A stretch of DNA of 32,000 nucleotides from Candidatus Saccharimonadota bacterium (GCF_000300075.1 NC_018677.1:240001-272000); one strand, 5' to 3'. Shown: positions 9,386 to 18,963, counted from the first letter of the stretch. The notes: generated by a model not told the origin, from the sequence alone. Numbers and translations are program-made.

Positions 9386-10231
9386 ATGGAAAAAAAAATT
9401 AGTTGTGTTTTTGGTAAACCAATAAAACATTCTATGTCTCCTATATTACACAATTCTTTTGGTAAAAAAAACAATATTTGTTTATATTATAAAGCTATAA
9501 ATATAAGAAATAAAATTTTATTAAAAAAAGAATGGATTAAATTTGTTATCTGTGGTGGTATAGGTGTCAATATTACAATACCATATAAACAATATGCAAT
9601 TAAACTAGCTAATAAATTGTCTTATAGAGCAAAAATTGCAGGAGCAGTAAATACTTTAATAATAAATAAAAAAAATATATTTGGAGATACAACAGATGGA
9701 GTAGGTTTAATAAGAGATTTAAATCGTTTGAACATAAATTTATTAAATAAACGTATTCTTTTATTGGGAGCTGGAGGTGCAGTTAACAGTGTAATACAAC
9801 AAGTTTTAGATTTAGGTCCAAATAAAATATATTTAGTTAATAGGACATTATTAAAATGTAAAGATATAAGAAATAGATTTAATTTAAAAAATATAATTCA
9901 ATTTTGTTCGTATGATGAACTAAAAAATAAAAATGCTTTTGATGTTATCATTAATGGTACAAGTCTAAGTATTAAAAAGGATAAAATAAATTTTAATAAC
10001 AATGCTTTTAAAACTACAATAGCATATGATTTAATGTATTCAAAATATATTACCAAGTTTTTAAAGTTTGCAAAAAATAATAATGCAAAAATATATGATG
10101 GTTTAGGTATGTTAATTGAACAAGCTGCTGAAACGTATTTTTTATTAAATAATATACGTCCTAAAATAAAAAACTTACATAAAAAAATAAGAAATTTGTT
10201 AAATAATAATGATAAAAAAAAATATTATTGA
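9386..10231 (+). CDS. aroE: Shikimate 5-dehydrogenase
   Basis: 281-aa ORF. VFGKPIKHSMSPILHN, VNITIPYK, AGAVNTL, GDTTDGVG, LLLGAGGA and DGLGMLIEQAA are colinear with E. coli AroE. It ends in TGA (10229-10231). Confidence 0.9.
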   Translation: MEKKISCVFGKPIKHSMSPILHNSFGKKNNICLYYKAINIRNKILLKKEWIKFVICGGIGVNITIPYKQYAIKLANKLSYRAKIAGAVNTLIINKKNIFGDTTDGVGLIRDLNRLNINLLNKRILLLGAGGAVNSVIQQVLDLGPNKIYLVNRTLLKCKDIRNRFNLKNIIQFCSYDELKNKNAFDVIINGTSLSIKKDKINFNNNAFKTTIAYDLMYSKYITKFLKFAKNNNAKIYDGLGMLIEQAAETYFLLNNIRPKIKNLHKKIRNLLNNNDKKKYY

Positions 10232-11810
10232 TTATCTTAGTAAAGACAGTAAATTTAGAAGTTTGTTTAAAAAAAACTTTATTACTAGGTTTTCTCCCGA
10301 ACCCAATGGTTGTTTACATTTGGGTCACGTTAAATCAATATGGGTAAATTGTAGTTTAGCAAAAGTTTTAAATGGAAATTGTTATATTCGCTTTGATGAT
10401 ACGAATCCTATCAAAGAAAATAAAATATATATTACTTCTGTTTTAGAAGATATACATTGGTTAGGATTAAAATTAAAAAATATTAATTATGCTTCTAATT
10501 ACTTTAATAAATTATTTGAATGGGCGTTATTATTAATTAAACAAGGTAAGGCTTATATTGATGATTTATCTATATCAGAAATAAAACAATATAGAGGTGA
10601 TTTTAAGTCAGTTGGATATAATAGTCCTTACAGAAAGCGTAATATAAAAGATAATATATTTTTTTTTAAAAAAATGTATAAGGGTTTTGTTAAAGAAGGT
10701 AAAAAAGTGTTGCGTGCAAAAATTGATATGAATTCTAAAAATATAAATTTAAGAGACCCTATAATGTATCGGATTATAAACGTTTATCATTATAGAACTG
10801 GAAATTATTGGAAAATATATCCATCTTATGACTTTACACATGGTCAATCTGACATGCTAGAAGGCATTACACATTCAATATGTACATTAGAATTTGAAAC
10901 TAATAGATATTTATATCAATGGTTTCTTAAAAATATTTTTAATGACTATTTTAAATATCCAAAACAAATCGAGTTTTCTAGAATGAATATAAGCTTCTCA
11001 TTAACTTCTAAAAGAAAAATTAAATTGTTGATAGATAAAAACTTTATTTTTGGATGGGATGATCCTAGATTATCAACTATTTCTGGAATGAGACGTAGAG
11101 GCTATACACCGACATCATTAAAGAATTTGTGCAAAATAACTGGAATAACAAGATCAAATAATAACATAGACATTCATTTGCAATATTATGCTATCCGTTC
11201 GGATTTAGAAAACAAAGTTATTAGAGTAATGTGTGTAATAAATCCAATAAAATTAATATTAACAAATTTAATTGTAGATTATGAAGAAATAATTACCGTT
11301 AAAAATCATCCGTTTATAGAAATGGGTGCTAGAAGTATGTATTTTAATAGAGAAATTTGGATTGATTTAAAAGATTTTAATAATAAACAAAATTTGTTTA
11401 GATTATCTAAAGGAAAAAATGTACGTTTGCGGCATTCATATATAATAAAATGTAAAAAATTTGTTTTTTTTAAAAATGAACAGATAAAAGAAATACAGGG
11501 TATTGTTTATCTAAATAGTAAACATAAAAACCTTGAAGGAAAAATTTTAAAAGGAGTCATTCATTGGGTAAGTGTTAAACATTCTGTTCCTGTACTAATA
11601 CGTCTTTATAACACTTTATTACACAAAAATATTGTTAATAACAATTCTTTCTTTTTTACAGATTCTATTGGTGAACCTATTTTTTCTCATATTAAACCTG
11701 AAACAAGAGTACAATTCGAACGAATTGGTTTTTTTTGTGCTGATAGATATGATTTTAATAAAACTAATTTTGTTTTTAATGAGATTATAAGTCTTAAAAC
11801 TTTTATTTAA
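10209..11810 (+). CDS. glnS: Glutaminyl-tRNA synthetase
   Basis: 533-aa ORF. TRFSPEPNGCLHLGHVKS (HIGH region), RFDDTNP, PSYDFTHGQSD and LTSKRK (the MSK-type motif) indicate class I GlnRS architecture. It overlaps the aroE 3' end by 23 nt. Confidence 0.9.
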   Translation: MIKKNIIDYLSKDSKFRSLFKKNFITRFSPEPNGCLHLGHVKSIWVNCSLAKVLNGNCYIRFDDTNPIKENKIYITSVLEDIHWLGLKLKNINYASNYFNKLFEWALLLIKQGKAYIDDLSISEIKQYRGDFKSVGYNSPYRKRNIKDNIFFFKKMYKGFVKEGKKVLRAKIDMNSKNINLRDPIMYRIINVYHYRTGNYWKIYPSYDFTHGQSDMLEGITHSICTLEFETNRYLYQWFLKNIFNDYFKYPKQIEFSRMNISFSLTSKRKIKLLIDKNFIFGWDDPRLSTISGMRRRGYTPTSLKNLCKITGITRSNNNIDIHLQYYAIRSDLENKVIRVMCVINPIKLILTNLIVDYEEIITVKNHPFIEMGARSMYFNREIWIDLKDFNNKQNLFRLSKGKNVRLRHSYIIKCKKFVFFKNEQIKEIQGIVYLNSKHKNLEGKILKGVIHWVSVKHSVPVLIRLYNTLLHKNIVNNNSFFFTDSIGEPIFSHIKPETRVQFERIGFFCADRYDFNKTNFVFNEIISLKTFI

Positions 11811-13790
11811 TATTTTTTGTTTTTTTTGCTGTGTTTTCTGCTTTAAAATCTTTTCTTTTTTATTAGAGGTTGCTTTGATTATTTAGAGTTTAGAGGTTTG
11901 TTTTTTAGATGTTAGATTAGTAGATAGATGTTTGTTTATTTAGTTTTTAGGTTTTAACTTTATAAAAGTTATGCTAAAGAAATGAAATGATTTAGTAGTT
12001 GTTTGTTAGATTTATGCTTTAGTATTTAGTACTTATTTGCTATTTGTTTGATTTGTGGTTTGTCATGGTTATATTAATTGAAAATTTGTTATTTAAAAGC
12101 TTTTAAATGTTGTTATATTAATGATTTTGCAGTAAATTCTTTTTTGTTAGAGTTTAGAAAAGTTGTAGTTGTTAGAGATTAGATTTTAAAAATTTTAGTG
12201 TTTAGATGTTAGTTTCTTAGAAGTTTGGTATTTAATGATTAATTCTTGCTTAAAAGTTGTTTCTTTTTTATTATTAAGTTGTTGTTTTTTTAAAGTTGTT
12301 AGATAATAATAAGTGCTTGTTGTTATTGGTTTACTTATTTTTGGTTATTAGTTTTGTTTATTTTGATTGTTGTTTTTACTAAAACTTTGTTTGTTTAAGT
12401 ATCGATTGATGTTTAGTTGTTAGCCGTTTAAAACTTGTTGATTTGTAATTTGAGTGTATAATTTTTGATGGTTAGTAGTTGTTTAGTTATTAGAGTTTAT
12501 ATTTTTAGATGTATGTTGTAATATTAAAATGTTGTTAAAGAGGTTTATTGATAGTTGTTTAGTTATTAGAGTTTAGAGTCTTGATATTTGCTGTTAAGTT
12601 ATTAGTTGTTATTTATTTGAGGTTTGCTGTTAAGTTATTAGTTGTTTTGTTTGTAGATTTTATAAAAATTATTGTTTGGTTGTTATAGATGTTGATGTTT
12701 GTTGTAATGTTATTAAAAATGGTTTGTTAGTTGTTAGTTGTTAGAGCATAGATATTTGATTAATGGTTGTTTAGTTGTTGGTTATAAAAAAAAGAAATGT
12801 TGTTTATTCGTTGATAGAGGTTTGGTGTAAAATGATGAGTTGTTAATTGATAGAGGATTGTTAGTAGTTGTTATTAGCTGATAGAGTTTTGGGGTTTTGT
12901 AGTTTGTAGTTAGAGCTTAGTTATAAGATGGTTGTAAAAGGGGTTATTTAGTTGTTAAATTGTTAGTAGGTTTGTGGTAAGAGGATTATTGTTTTGTTCT
13001 TAATAAAATTGTTGTTAAATATAGAAAGAAGAAGAATAGAGTTGTATAGAAGAAATAACCAAGTTAAAAAAAGAAGAAGAAGGATATAAAAAGGTTAGAG
13101 GTTGTTTTGTAAGCTTGAAAAAAGAGGTTTGTTGGTTGTTTTGTAAGCTTGAAAAAAGAGGTTTGTTGGTTGTTTTGTAAGCTTGAAAAAAGAGGTTTGT
13201 TAGTTGTTTTGTAAGCTTGAAAAAAGAAGTTTGATGGTAGGTGCTATGTGTTTTGTTGTAAAAGGATAAAGGTTAAAGGTTAAAATGGTAATTTGTTAGA
13301 TGAATTGTGGTTAGTTGGTAAAAGTTTATCTGTTAGTTATTAGAGTTTTGAAAATAGTTGTTAATTGTTTTTTTATCTGTTAGAGGTTTGTTTTATGTTG
13401 TTTAAATGGTAGGTGTAAAAAAAGGGTTTGTGTTTTGTTAATAGGAAAATTGTGTATATGTATGTGTTTGGTGTTTTGTTAAAGTTAGTTAAGTAGTTTT
13501 ATATTGTGGAAAGTTGAAGGAAAGAGTTGATGGTTAAAGGTTTGAAGTTTACAGCTAAAGATAACAGTTGTATAGACGTAAAAAGGGTAAGTTAGGTGTG
13601 TGTATTTAAAATAGCATAAGTGAGATTATTAAGTGTTAAAAGAAAAATATGTTGAATTGATAATAATAAGAAAATTGATGAAAGAGTTCTGTTTAAATAC
13701 AAAGTAATTTATAAAAAAAAATGAACATATAACAGAAAATTGAGTTTGAATTTGTAAGTAGACTTAAAATAGATAGTTAAAAAGAAGGTA
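11811..13790. other. C-depleted non-coding spacer between glnS and cysS.
   Basis: Line 12481-12540 has G 11 / C 0 by hand count. The spacer is T-rich at the glnS end and becomes G+A-rich after about 13000. It carries many TTAGAGKTT / GTTAGTTATTAGAG motifs. Confidence 0.85.
13101..13236. repeat. Tandem repeat, 4 copies of a 34-bp unit.
   Basis: The unit GTTGTTTTGTAAGCTTGAAAAAAGAGGTTTGTTG starts at 13101, 13135, 13169 and 13203. The first three copies are near-identical and the fourth has a few substitutions. Confidence 0.9.
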
Positions 13791-13791
13791 A

Positions 13792-13798
13792 AGGAGGT
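13792..13798 (+). promoter_or_regulatory. Shine-Dalgarno AGGAGGT for cysS.
   Basis: AGGAGGT lies 6 nt upstream of the TTG start at 13805. Confidence 0.6.
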
Positions 13799-13804
13799 GT
13801 AGAC

Positions 13805-15166
13805 TTGTATATTTATAATACATTAAAGAAAAATAAAGAATTATTAGTACCTATAAACTTAAATAAATTAAAAATATATGTATGTGGCAGTACGGTATAT
13901 GATTATTGTCATATTGGTCATGGAAGGAATATGTTTATATTTTATTTTTTTTATAAATATTTAAAACATAGAGGCTACATACTAAAGTATATAAGAAATA
14001 TAACAGATATTGATAAAAAAATTATAAAGAAATCTATTAAAACGAATGAAAATACAAAAAATTTAACACAAAGAATTATTAATTCAATACATAAAGATGA
14101 AAAAAAACTAGGGTTATTGGCTCCTGATTGTGAGCCTAAAGTGAGTGATTATAAAAATATAATCATTTATTATATAAATAAATTACTTAAAAATGATTTT
14201 GCTTATATAAAAAAAGGTAATGTGTTTTTTAAAATAAAAACACATAAATTATATGGTATGTTAAGTAATCAAACCATAAAAAACTTAAATTTTTTTTTAA
14301 GTAAAAAGTTTTCTAGATATAAAAAATATAAATTAGATTTTAGTTTATGGAAAAAATCACAATACAAATTTGGTTGGGCCTCTCCATGGAGTGTTGGTTT
14401 TCCAGGATGGCATATTGAATGTTCAGTGCTATCAAAGATATATTTGGGTAATAAGTTTGATATACATGGTGGCGGTTTAGACTTGATTTTTCCCCATCAT
14501 GAAAATGAAAAAGCTCAAAGTGAATTATTGTTTTGTAAACCCCATGTAAATCTATGGGTACATTCAGGTCATTTAAATGTAAATAACAAAAAAATGTCTA
14601 AATCTTTACACAACACTATATTAGTACGTTATATTATAATAAAATATAATAATGAAGTAATTAATTTTTTTTTTCTTATAACTCATTATAGAAAGTCAAT
14701 AAATTTTACTATTGATCAATTAGATATTGTTTTAAATTTATTAAACCATATTTTATATAAAATAATATGTATAACACCAAAAAGACAAAAATATAATAAT
14801 GTATTTTACAATCAAATAATTTTAGCGTTAGAAAACGATTTCAATACAGTAAAAGCAATTTCAATACTATTTAACTTATTATATAAAACAAAAAAAGCTT
14901 TTAAGTTAGGTAAAATCAAAAAATCTCAAAGTTTGTGTTTTGAATTAATACGTTTAGGTAAAATACTAGGAATTTTAAAGTCATTAAAAAAATTTAAACC
15001 ACAAATATTATTCAATATTAATAAAGTTGGATCTTTGATTTTAAAACGGAATATTTATAAAAAAGAAACAAACTTCTTACAATCAGATAAGTTACGAATA
15101 TCTTTAACTGTATTTGATATTTTAATTCAAGATACAATAAAAAGAACTTTTTGGTTAAATCGTTAA
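13805..15166 (+). CDS. cysS: Cysteinyl-tRNA synthetase (TTG start).
   Basis: 453-aa ORF. YVCGSTVYDYCHIGHGR (HIGH), RNITDIDKKII, PGWHIECS, HGGGLDLIFPHHENE and KMSKS are present. The N-terminus aligns with E. coli CysRS from the TTG codon. Confidence 0.9.
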   Translation: MYIYNTLKKNKELLVPINLNKLKIYVCGSTVYDYCHIGHGRNMFIFYFFYKYLKHRGYILKYIRNITDIDKKIIKKSIKTNENTKNLTQRIINSIHKDEKKLGLLAPDCEPKVSDYKNIIIYYINKLLKNDFAYIKKGNVFFKIKTHKLYGMLSNQTIKNLNFFLSKKFSRYKKYKLDFSLWKKSQYKFGWASPWSVGFPGWHIECSVLSKIYLGNKFDIHGGGLDLIFPHHENEKAQSELLFCKPHVNLWVHSGHLNVNNKKMSKSLHNTILVRYIIIKYNNEVINFFFLITHYRKSINFTIDQLDIVLNLLNHILYKIICITPKRQKYNNVFYNQIILALENDFNTVKAISILFNLLYKTKKAFKLGKIKKSQSLCFELIRLGKILGILKSLKKFKPQILFNINKVGSLILKRNIYKKETNFLQSDKLRISLTVFDILIQDTIKRTFWLNR

Positions 15167-15170
15167 AATA

Positions 15171-15244
<74 letters not shown>

Positions 15245-16940
15245 TACGATACGAGACGAGATATGACTTCTTTTTTTTTTGCTTATGTTTTAGTTTTTTT
15301 TTTTATCTGTTAATTTTAGCTTTTTTTTATACTTTATACTTTATGCTTTAGTTTTTAGCATCTTTGCATTTTGTTTTTTGTTATGGTATTTAATTATTTT
15401 ATTTGGCTTATTCAGTTCTGGTGTTTTATGTGTTTTGCTGTTAATTTTTATGTTTTTTTTGCTTGTGGTTACTAGTTAAAGCTCTGGTATTTTATGTTTT
15501 TTTTTATTTGTTATTTGTTTTATGTGTTGCTGTTATTTGTTATGTTAAAAGTAGTTGCTTTATGTCTTTCTGTTATTTTATTTCGGTTTAAATGATTTGC
15601 TTTATGTGTTGCTGGTATTTGTTATGTTTTAAGGCTTTGTGTATTGCTGTTAATTCTTATGTTTAAAGTATTTGTGTTATACTAAAAGTAGTTAAACTGT
15701 TAATAATGATAATGTTATAAGATTTTTTGTTATGTTTTAAGGCTTTGTGTATTTATAATGTTTTGTGTAAATGTTGTTTGTGTGTTTTTTTCTTTTTGAT
15801 GCTGTTAATGAGTTATGTTTAAAGGCTTTGTGTGTTGCTGTTTAGTTTATTTCTTTTTGATGTTATATATAATGTTTTTGTATTGCTGTTATGTGCTATA
15901 TAAATAGAGAATTGTTATATAAAAAGGTAGTATGTGTATGGTGTATAGATGGAAAGGTGTTATGTTAGTTGATGTGGATGGTAATTTGTTATGTAGAAAA
16001 AAGTAAGAGTTATATAAAAATGAAAAAGTTAAAGTTGTTTGGTGTGTTGATGGTATGTGGTTTGTAGAAATAGGGGGATTGCAGTTAGGTTATATGTAAT
16101 GCAGTTAGGTGGTTAGTGCGTTGATGTTGGGTGAAAAAAGTTGTATGTGTGATGATGATAGGTGTAAGGTATTATGCTGTATAAAGTAAGTGTTATATGG
16201 ATATAAGAGTAGAATTGCTGTTAAGAGTTAGAAGGTAGGAGTAAGGTGTTATGTGGTAGGTTAGATGGTAAGTGTTAAAGGTGTTGTTCGAAAAAGTTAG
16301 GTTGGTAAAATGACTATGCTAGTAGAAAAGTTTTATGGTTTTGATGGAATTTATTTATATGTGTATGTATAGTTGTTAAAAGCTCTAATTGGTTTTATAG
16401 AAAATGACTATATGCTATATGTTTTGGTGTAAGGTAAATTGGGTTAGTATTTAGTTGATATGGTTTGTGTTTTAGTTTAGTTAACTTTCATGGTTTGAAA
16501 AATATTTGTTGTAATTTGTGTAGAATAGGTATTAAAGTACTTGTTATGCAATAAGTAGTTGTGTAAAGTAATTGTTTTATGATTAATTTGTTATGTTATG
16601 TTAAAAGATTCGTGGTTAGATGGTTGTTGTTATGTGTTTTGATGAATGGTTAGGTATTGGTTTGGTGTAAAAGGGTAAAGGTGTTATGTAATTGGTTTGG
16701 TGTAAAAGGGACCTTATATAAAAAATATTTGGTTGTTCGTTTAAAAGAAAAAAGTTTGTTGTGTGTGGTTTTGCTATGAAAAGTAAAAGAGTTGTATACT
16801 AAAAGAAGGAAAGAAATTAGTTTTATGTTTTGTGAATAGCTTGTTTTGTTAAAAAGTTTTTTATATTTTGTTTAACTATTGCTTTTTTTGTATTAGTAAA
16901 AAAGATGTAAGATGTTAGATGTTAAGTAAAATAAATGCTT
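15245..16940. other. C-depleted non-coding arm downstream of tRNA-Pro.
   Basis: Line 15961-16020 has G 14 / C 0 by hand count. The arm is T-rich with GCTGTTA / TTATGTTT / GGCTTTGTGT motifs up to about 15900, then G+A/G+T-rich. A 25-34 nt module, GTTATGTTT(T/A)AAGGCTTTGTGTRTTGCTGTT, occurs at 15621, 15729 and 15812. Confidence 0.85.
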
Positions 16941-16959
16941 TTATATAAAGACTATGAAA

Positions 16960-17330
16960 CAAAATTTAAATAAACATACAGTATAAACATTAACCACAAA
17001 ACACTAACCATAAAGCATTTAACATACAATTTCATTTATTATACAGCCTTTAATATTTAAATTTAACCTTACTACTAACTATAAAATCTTTAAAACAAAT
17101 CTTTTAACACTTACTAATTTAACTTACAAAAACATGTATAATACAGCCTCTTTAATATCAATATATTACACTAAACATTTTACATAACAACATAGAAATA
17201 TATATATACAACAATAATTTAAGCATAAAAAATAAAAACATACAGCATAAAGTTTCAAAAATGTAAAAAATAAAAAAAAGTAAAGCAGAAAAAAGAAGAT
17301 AAGAAACAACAAACGGTAAACAAAAAGCAT
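16960..17330. other. G-depleted arm upstream of tRNA-Arg.
   Basis: The sequence is A+C+T only for long stretches (e.g. 16981-17100). It contains reverse-complement versions of left-arm words (ACAGCCTTTAAT, CATACAGCATAAAG). Positions 17330-17465 have mixed composition. Confidence 0.75.
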
Positions 17331-17470
17331 AAACCAGTTTATTAAGGTATATTGGTGTAAGTATACAATAATGTAAGAACTGATTTGTTTCGTATACATA
17401 AATTTTGTATATCGTTAACGAATGTAGTATATGTGCAGCACAATTAGTTATATACGTAATATTGTTTGAA

Positions 17471-17506
17471 TAACCGTAACCGTAACCGTTATAGTTATAG
17501 TTATAG
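17471..17506. repeat. Two back-to-back hexamer microsatellites, (TAACCG)3 and (TTATAG)3, abutting the tRNA-Arg 5' end.
   Basis: Read directly: TAACCGTAACCGTAACCG at 17471-17488 and TTATAGTTATAGTTATAG at 17489-17506. The last G is tRNA position 1. Confidence 0.9.
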
Positions 17507-17579
17507 CGCCCATAGCTCAATAGGAAAGAGCAACGGCCTTCTAAGTCGTAGGTTGCAGGTTCAAGTCCTGCTGGACGCA
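17506..17579 (+). tRNA. tRNA-Arg (anticodon UCU)
   Basis: Closely resembles E. coli argU as I recall it. Acceptor is GCGCCCA/TGGACGC with a C4-A69 mismatch. Anticodon stem is ACGGC/GTCGT with loop CTTCTAA. T-arm is GCAGG-TTCAAGT-CCTGC. No CCA is encoded. The 140-aa minus-strand ORF in the track (MRPAGLEPAT...) is the antisense reading of this tRNA. Confidence 0.85.
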
Positions 17580-17580
17580 T

Positions 17581-17653
17581 GGTGGGTGTAGCTCAGTGGT
17601 AGAGCACCGGATTGTGGCTCCGGGTGTCGTGGGTTCAAAACCCATCATCCACC
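17581..17653 (+). tRNA. tRNA-His (anticodon GUG) with encoded G-1.
   Basis: G-1 plus acceptor GTGGGTG/CATCCAC and discriminator C. Anticodon stem is CCGGA/TCCGG with loop TTGTGGC. T-arm is GTGGG-TTCAAAA-CCCAT. It starts 1 nt after tRNA-Arg. Confidence 0.85.
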
Positions 17654-17705
17654 ATCCACTAACCACTAACCACTAACCACTAAACACCATCCACTAACCA
17701 CTAAT
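17646..17705. repeat. Heptamer microsatellite (CCACTAA)n that begins inside the tRNA-His 3' acceptor strand.
   Basis: The sequence reads CATCCACCATCCACTAACCACTAACCACTAACCACTAAACACCATCCACTAACCACTAA. The unit repeats the ATCCAC of the tRNA 3' end. Confidence 0.85.
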
Positions 17706-18960
17706 ATATTAGTTTTTTTTTACAATTAATAATACAATCTTTAAACAATCTATAAAACTGTTATTACTAATACAACAATTCTTTTTTTGTTAAAATAAAT
17801 ACAAATCAAAACTACACTAACTAACCTTTTAAATAATTTATAATAATACAAACACATTATATTTAGCAAACCACAATAACCTTTCTTAAAATTTAACAAC
17901 ACATAGCGTATAATATAACATAGTTAGCATATCATATATAAACTAAAAGCAAACATATGATAGTAAAACAACATCTTAAATACCCATTTATATTTACTAT
18001 ATATATAATATATTAAAACATAACATATGATTTACAAAAACAAGAAACAAAATTGTTAACAACAACAAACATACCATATACTTTATAAAAACAAATATTA
18101 ACAACAACAACTTTTAGAACACTTACATCTTAAAAACATCCTCAAATACAATAACAAACTCAACTCTTACATCAACAACATCTAACATCTTTTAAACATC
18201 CTCAATAACAACAACAACAACAACAACATCAACAACATCAAACATCAAACATAAAACATCTTACATATTACATATTACAAGAAAACTCAAGAACAACAAG
18301 ATCTAACATCTAACATCTAACATCTTAAAAACATCCTCAAAAACAATAACATATAAACTCTAAAACAACACATTCTAACAAAGAAATAAAAAACTCTAAT
18401 AACCCATCACCTATAAACCAATAACATATAAAACAAACAGATAATAAAAGCAACCATTAAATCTCTAAACTCTAAAAAGCAACATCTAGCAGACACTCAA
18501 AACTCAAAAAAGAAAACAAAAAACAACACAAACCTCTAAAAACAAATAACTAACAAATCAAAAAAACATCTAAACTCTAAAAACTAATAACAACAAAACA
18601 TATAACCTAAAAAATAATAATTAACATATAACCGCTTATAAATAAATAAAACAAAAACTAAACTCAAATAAATAAACCTCTAACAAAACAACTAACCTCA
18701 AAATAAAAAATCTAGCAAAAAAAGCAAAGGAAGAAAAAAGAACAACTTATAATAAATTAAAACATATAAGCTCTAAAAATAAGTTATATAATGACAGAAA
18801 AACATGACAAAAACAAATAGAAACTCTAACAGCATTTAAATAGCAAAAGGATATAAAACAAATATAACAAAAACAGATGTAAAAAAAAGCTTAGAACACA
18901 AAACATAAACACAAAATTTAACTAACAAAGAAATAACAAAACACTAAAAAAAAACAACAA
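17654..18960. other. G-depleted non-coding spacer between tRNA-His and the clpP pseudogene.
   Basis: Line 18541-18600 has G 0 / C 12 by hand count. It contains (AAC)n at about 18200-18230 and (ATCTAAC)3 at about 18300-18325. A module CATCTT(A/T)AAAACATCCTCAA..ACAATAACA occurs at 18126, 18186 and 18321. Confidence 0.85.
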
Positions 18961-18963
18961 ACA

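Noticed and set aside
17158-17580. A 140-aa minus-strand ORF begins MRPAGLEPATYDLEGRCSF.
   Set aside because: Its N-terminus is simply the antisense translation of tRNA-Arg (17506-17579). The rest is low-complexity spacer.
17646-17705. (CCACTAA)n, which is (TTAGTGG)n on the other strand, and the many TTAG-containing words resemble telomere-type repeats such as insect TTAGG.
   Set aside because: The arrays are short and imperfect, and they are embedded between bacterial genes. The heptamer clearly derives from the tRNA-His 3' end. Resemblance to TTAGG is expected by chance in G+T+A-only sequence.
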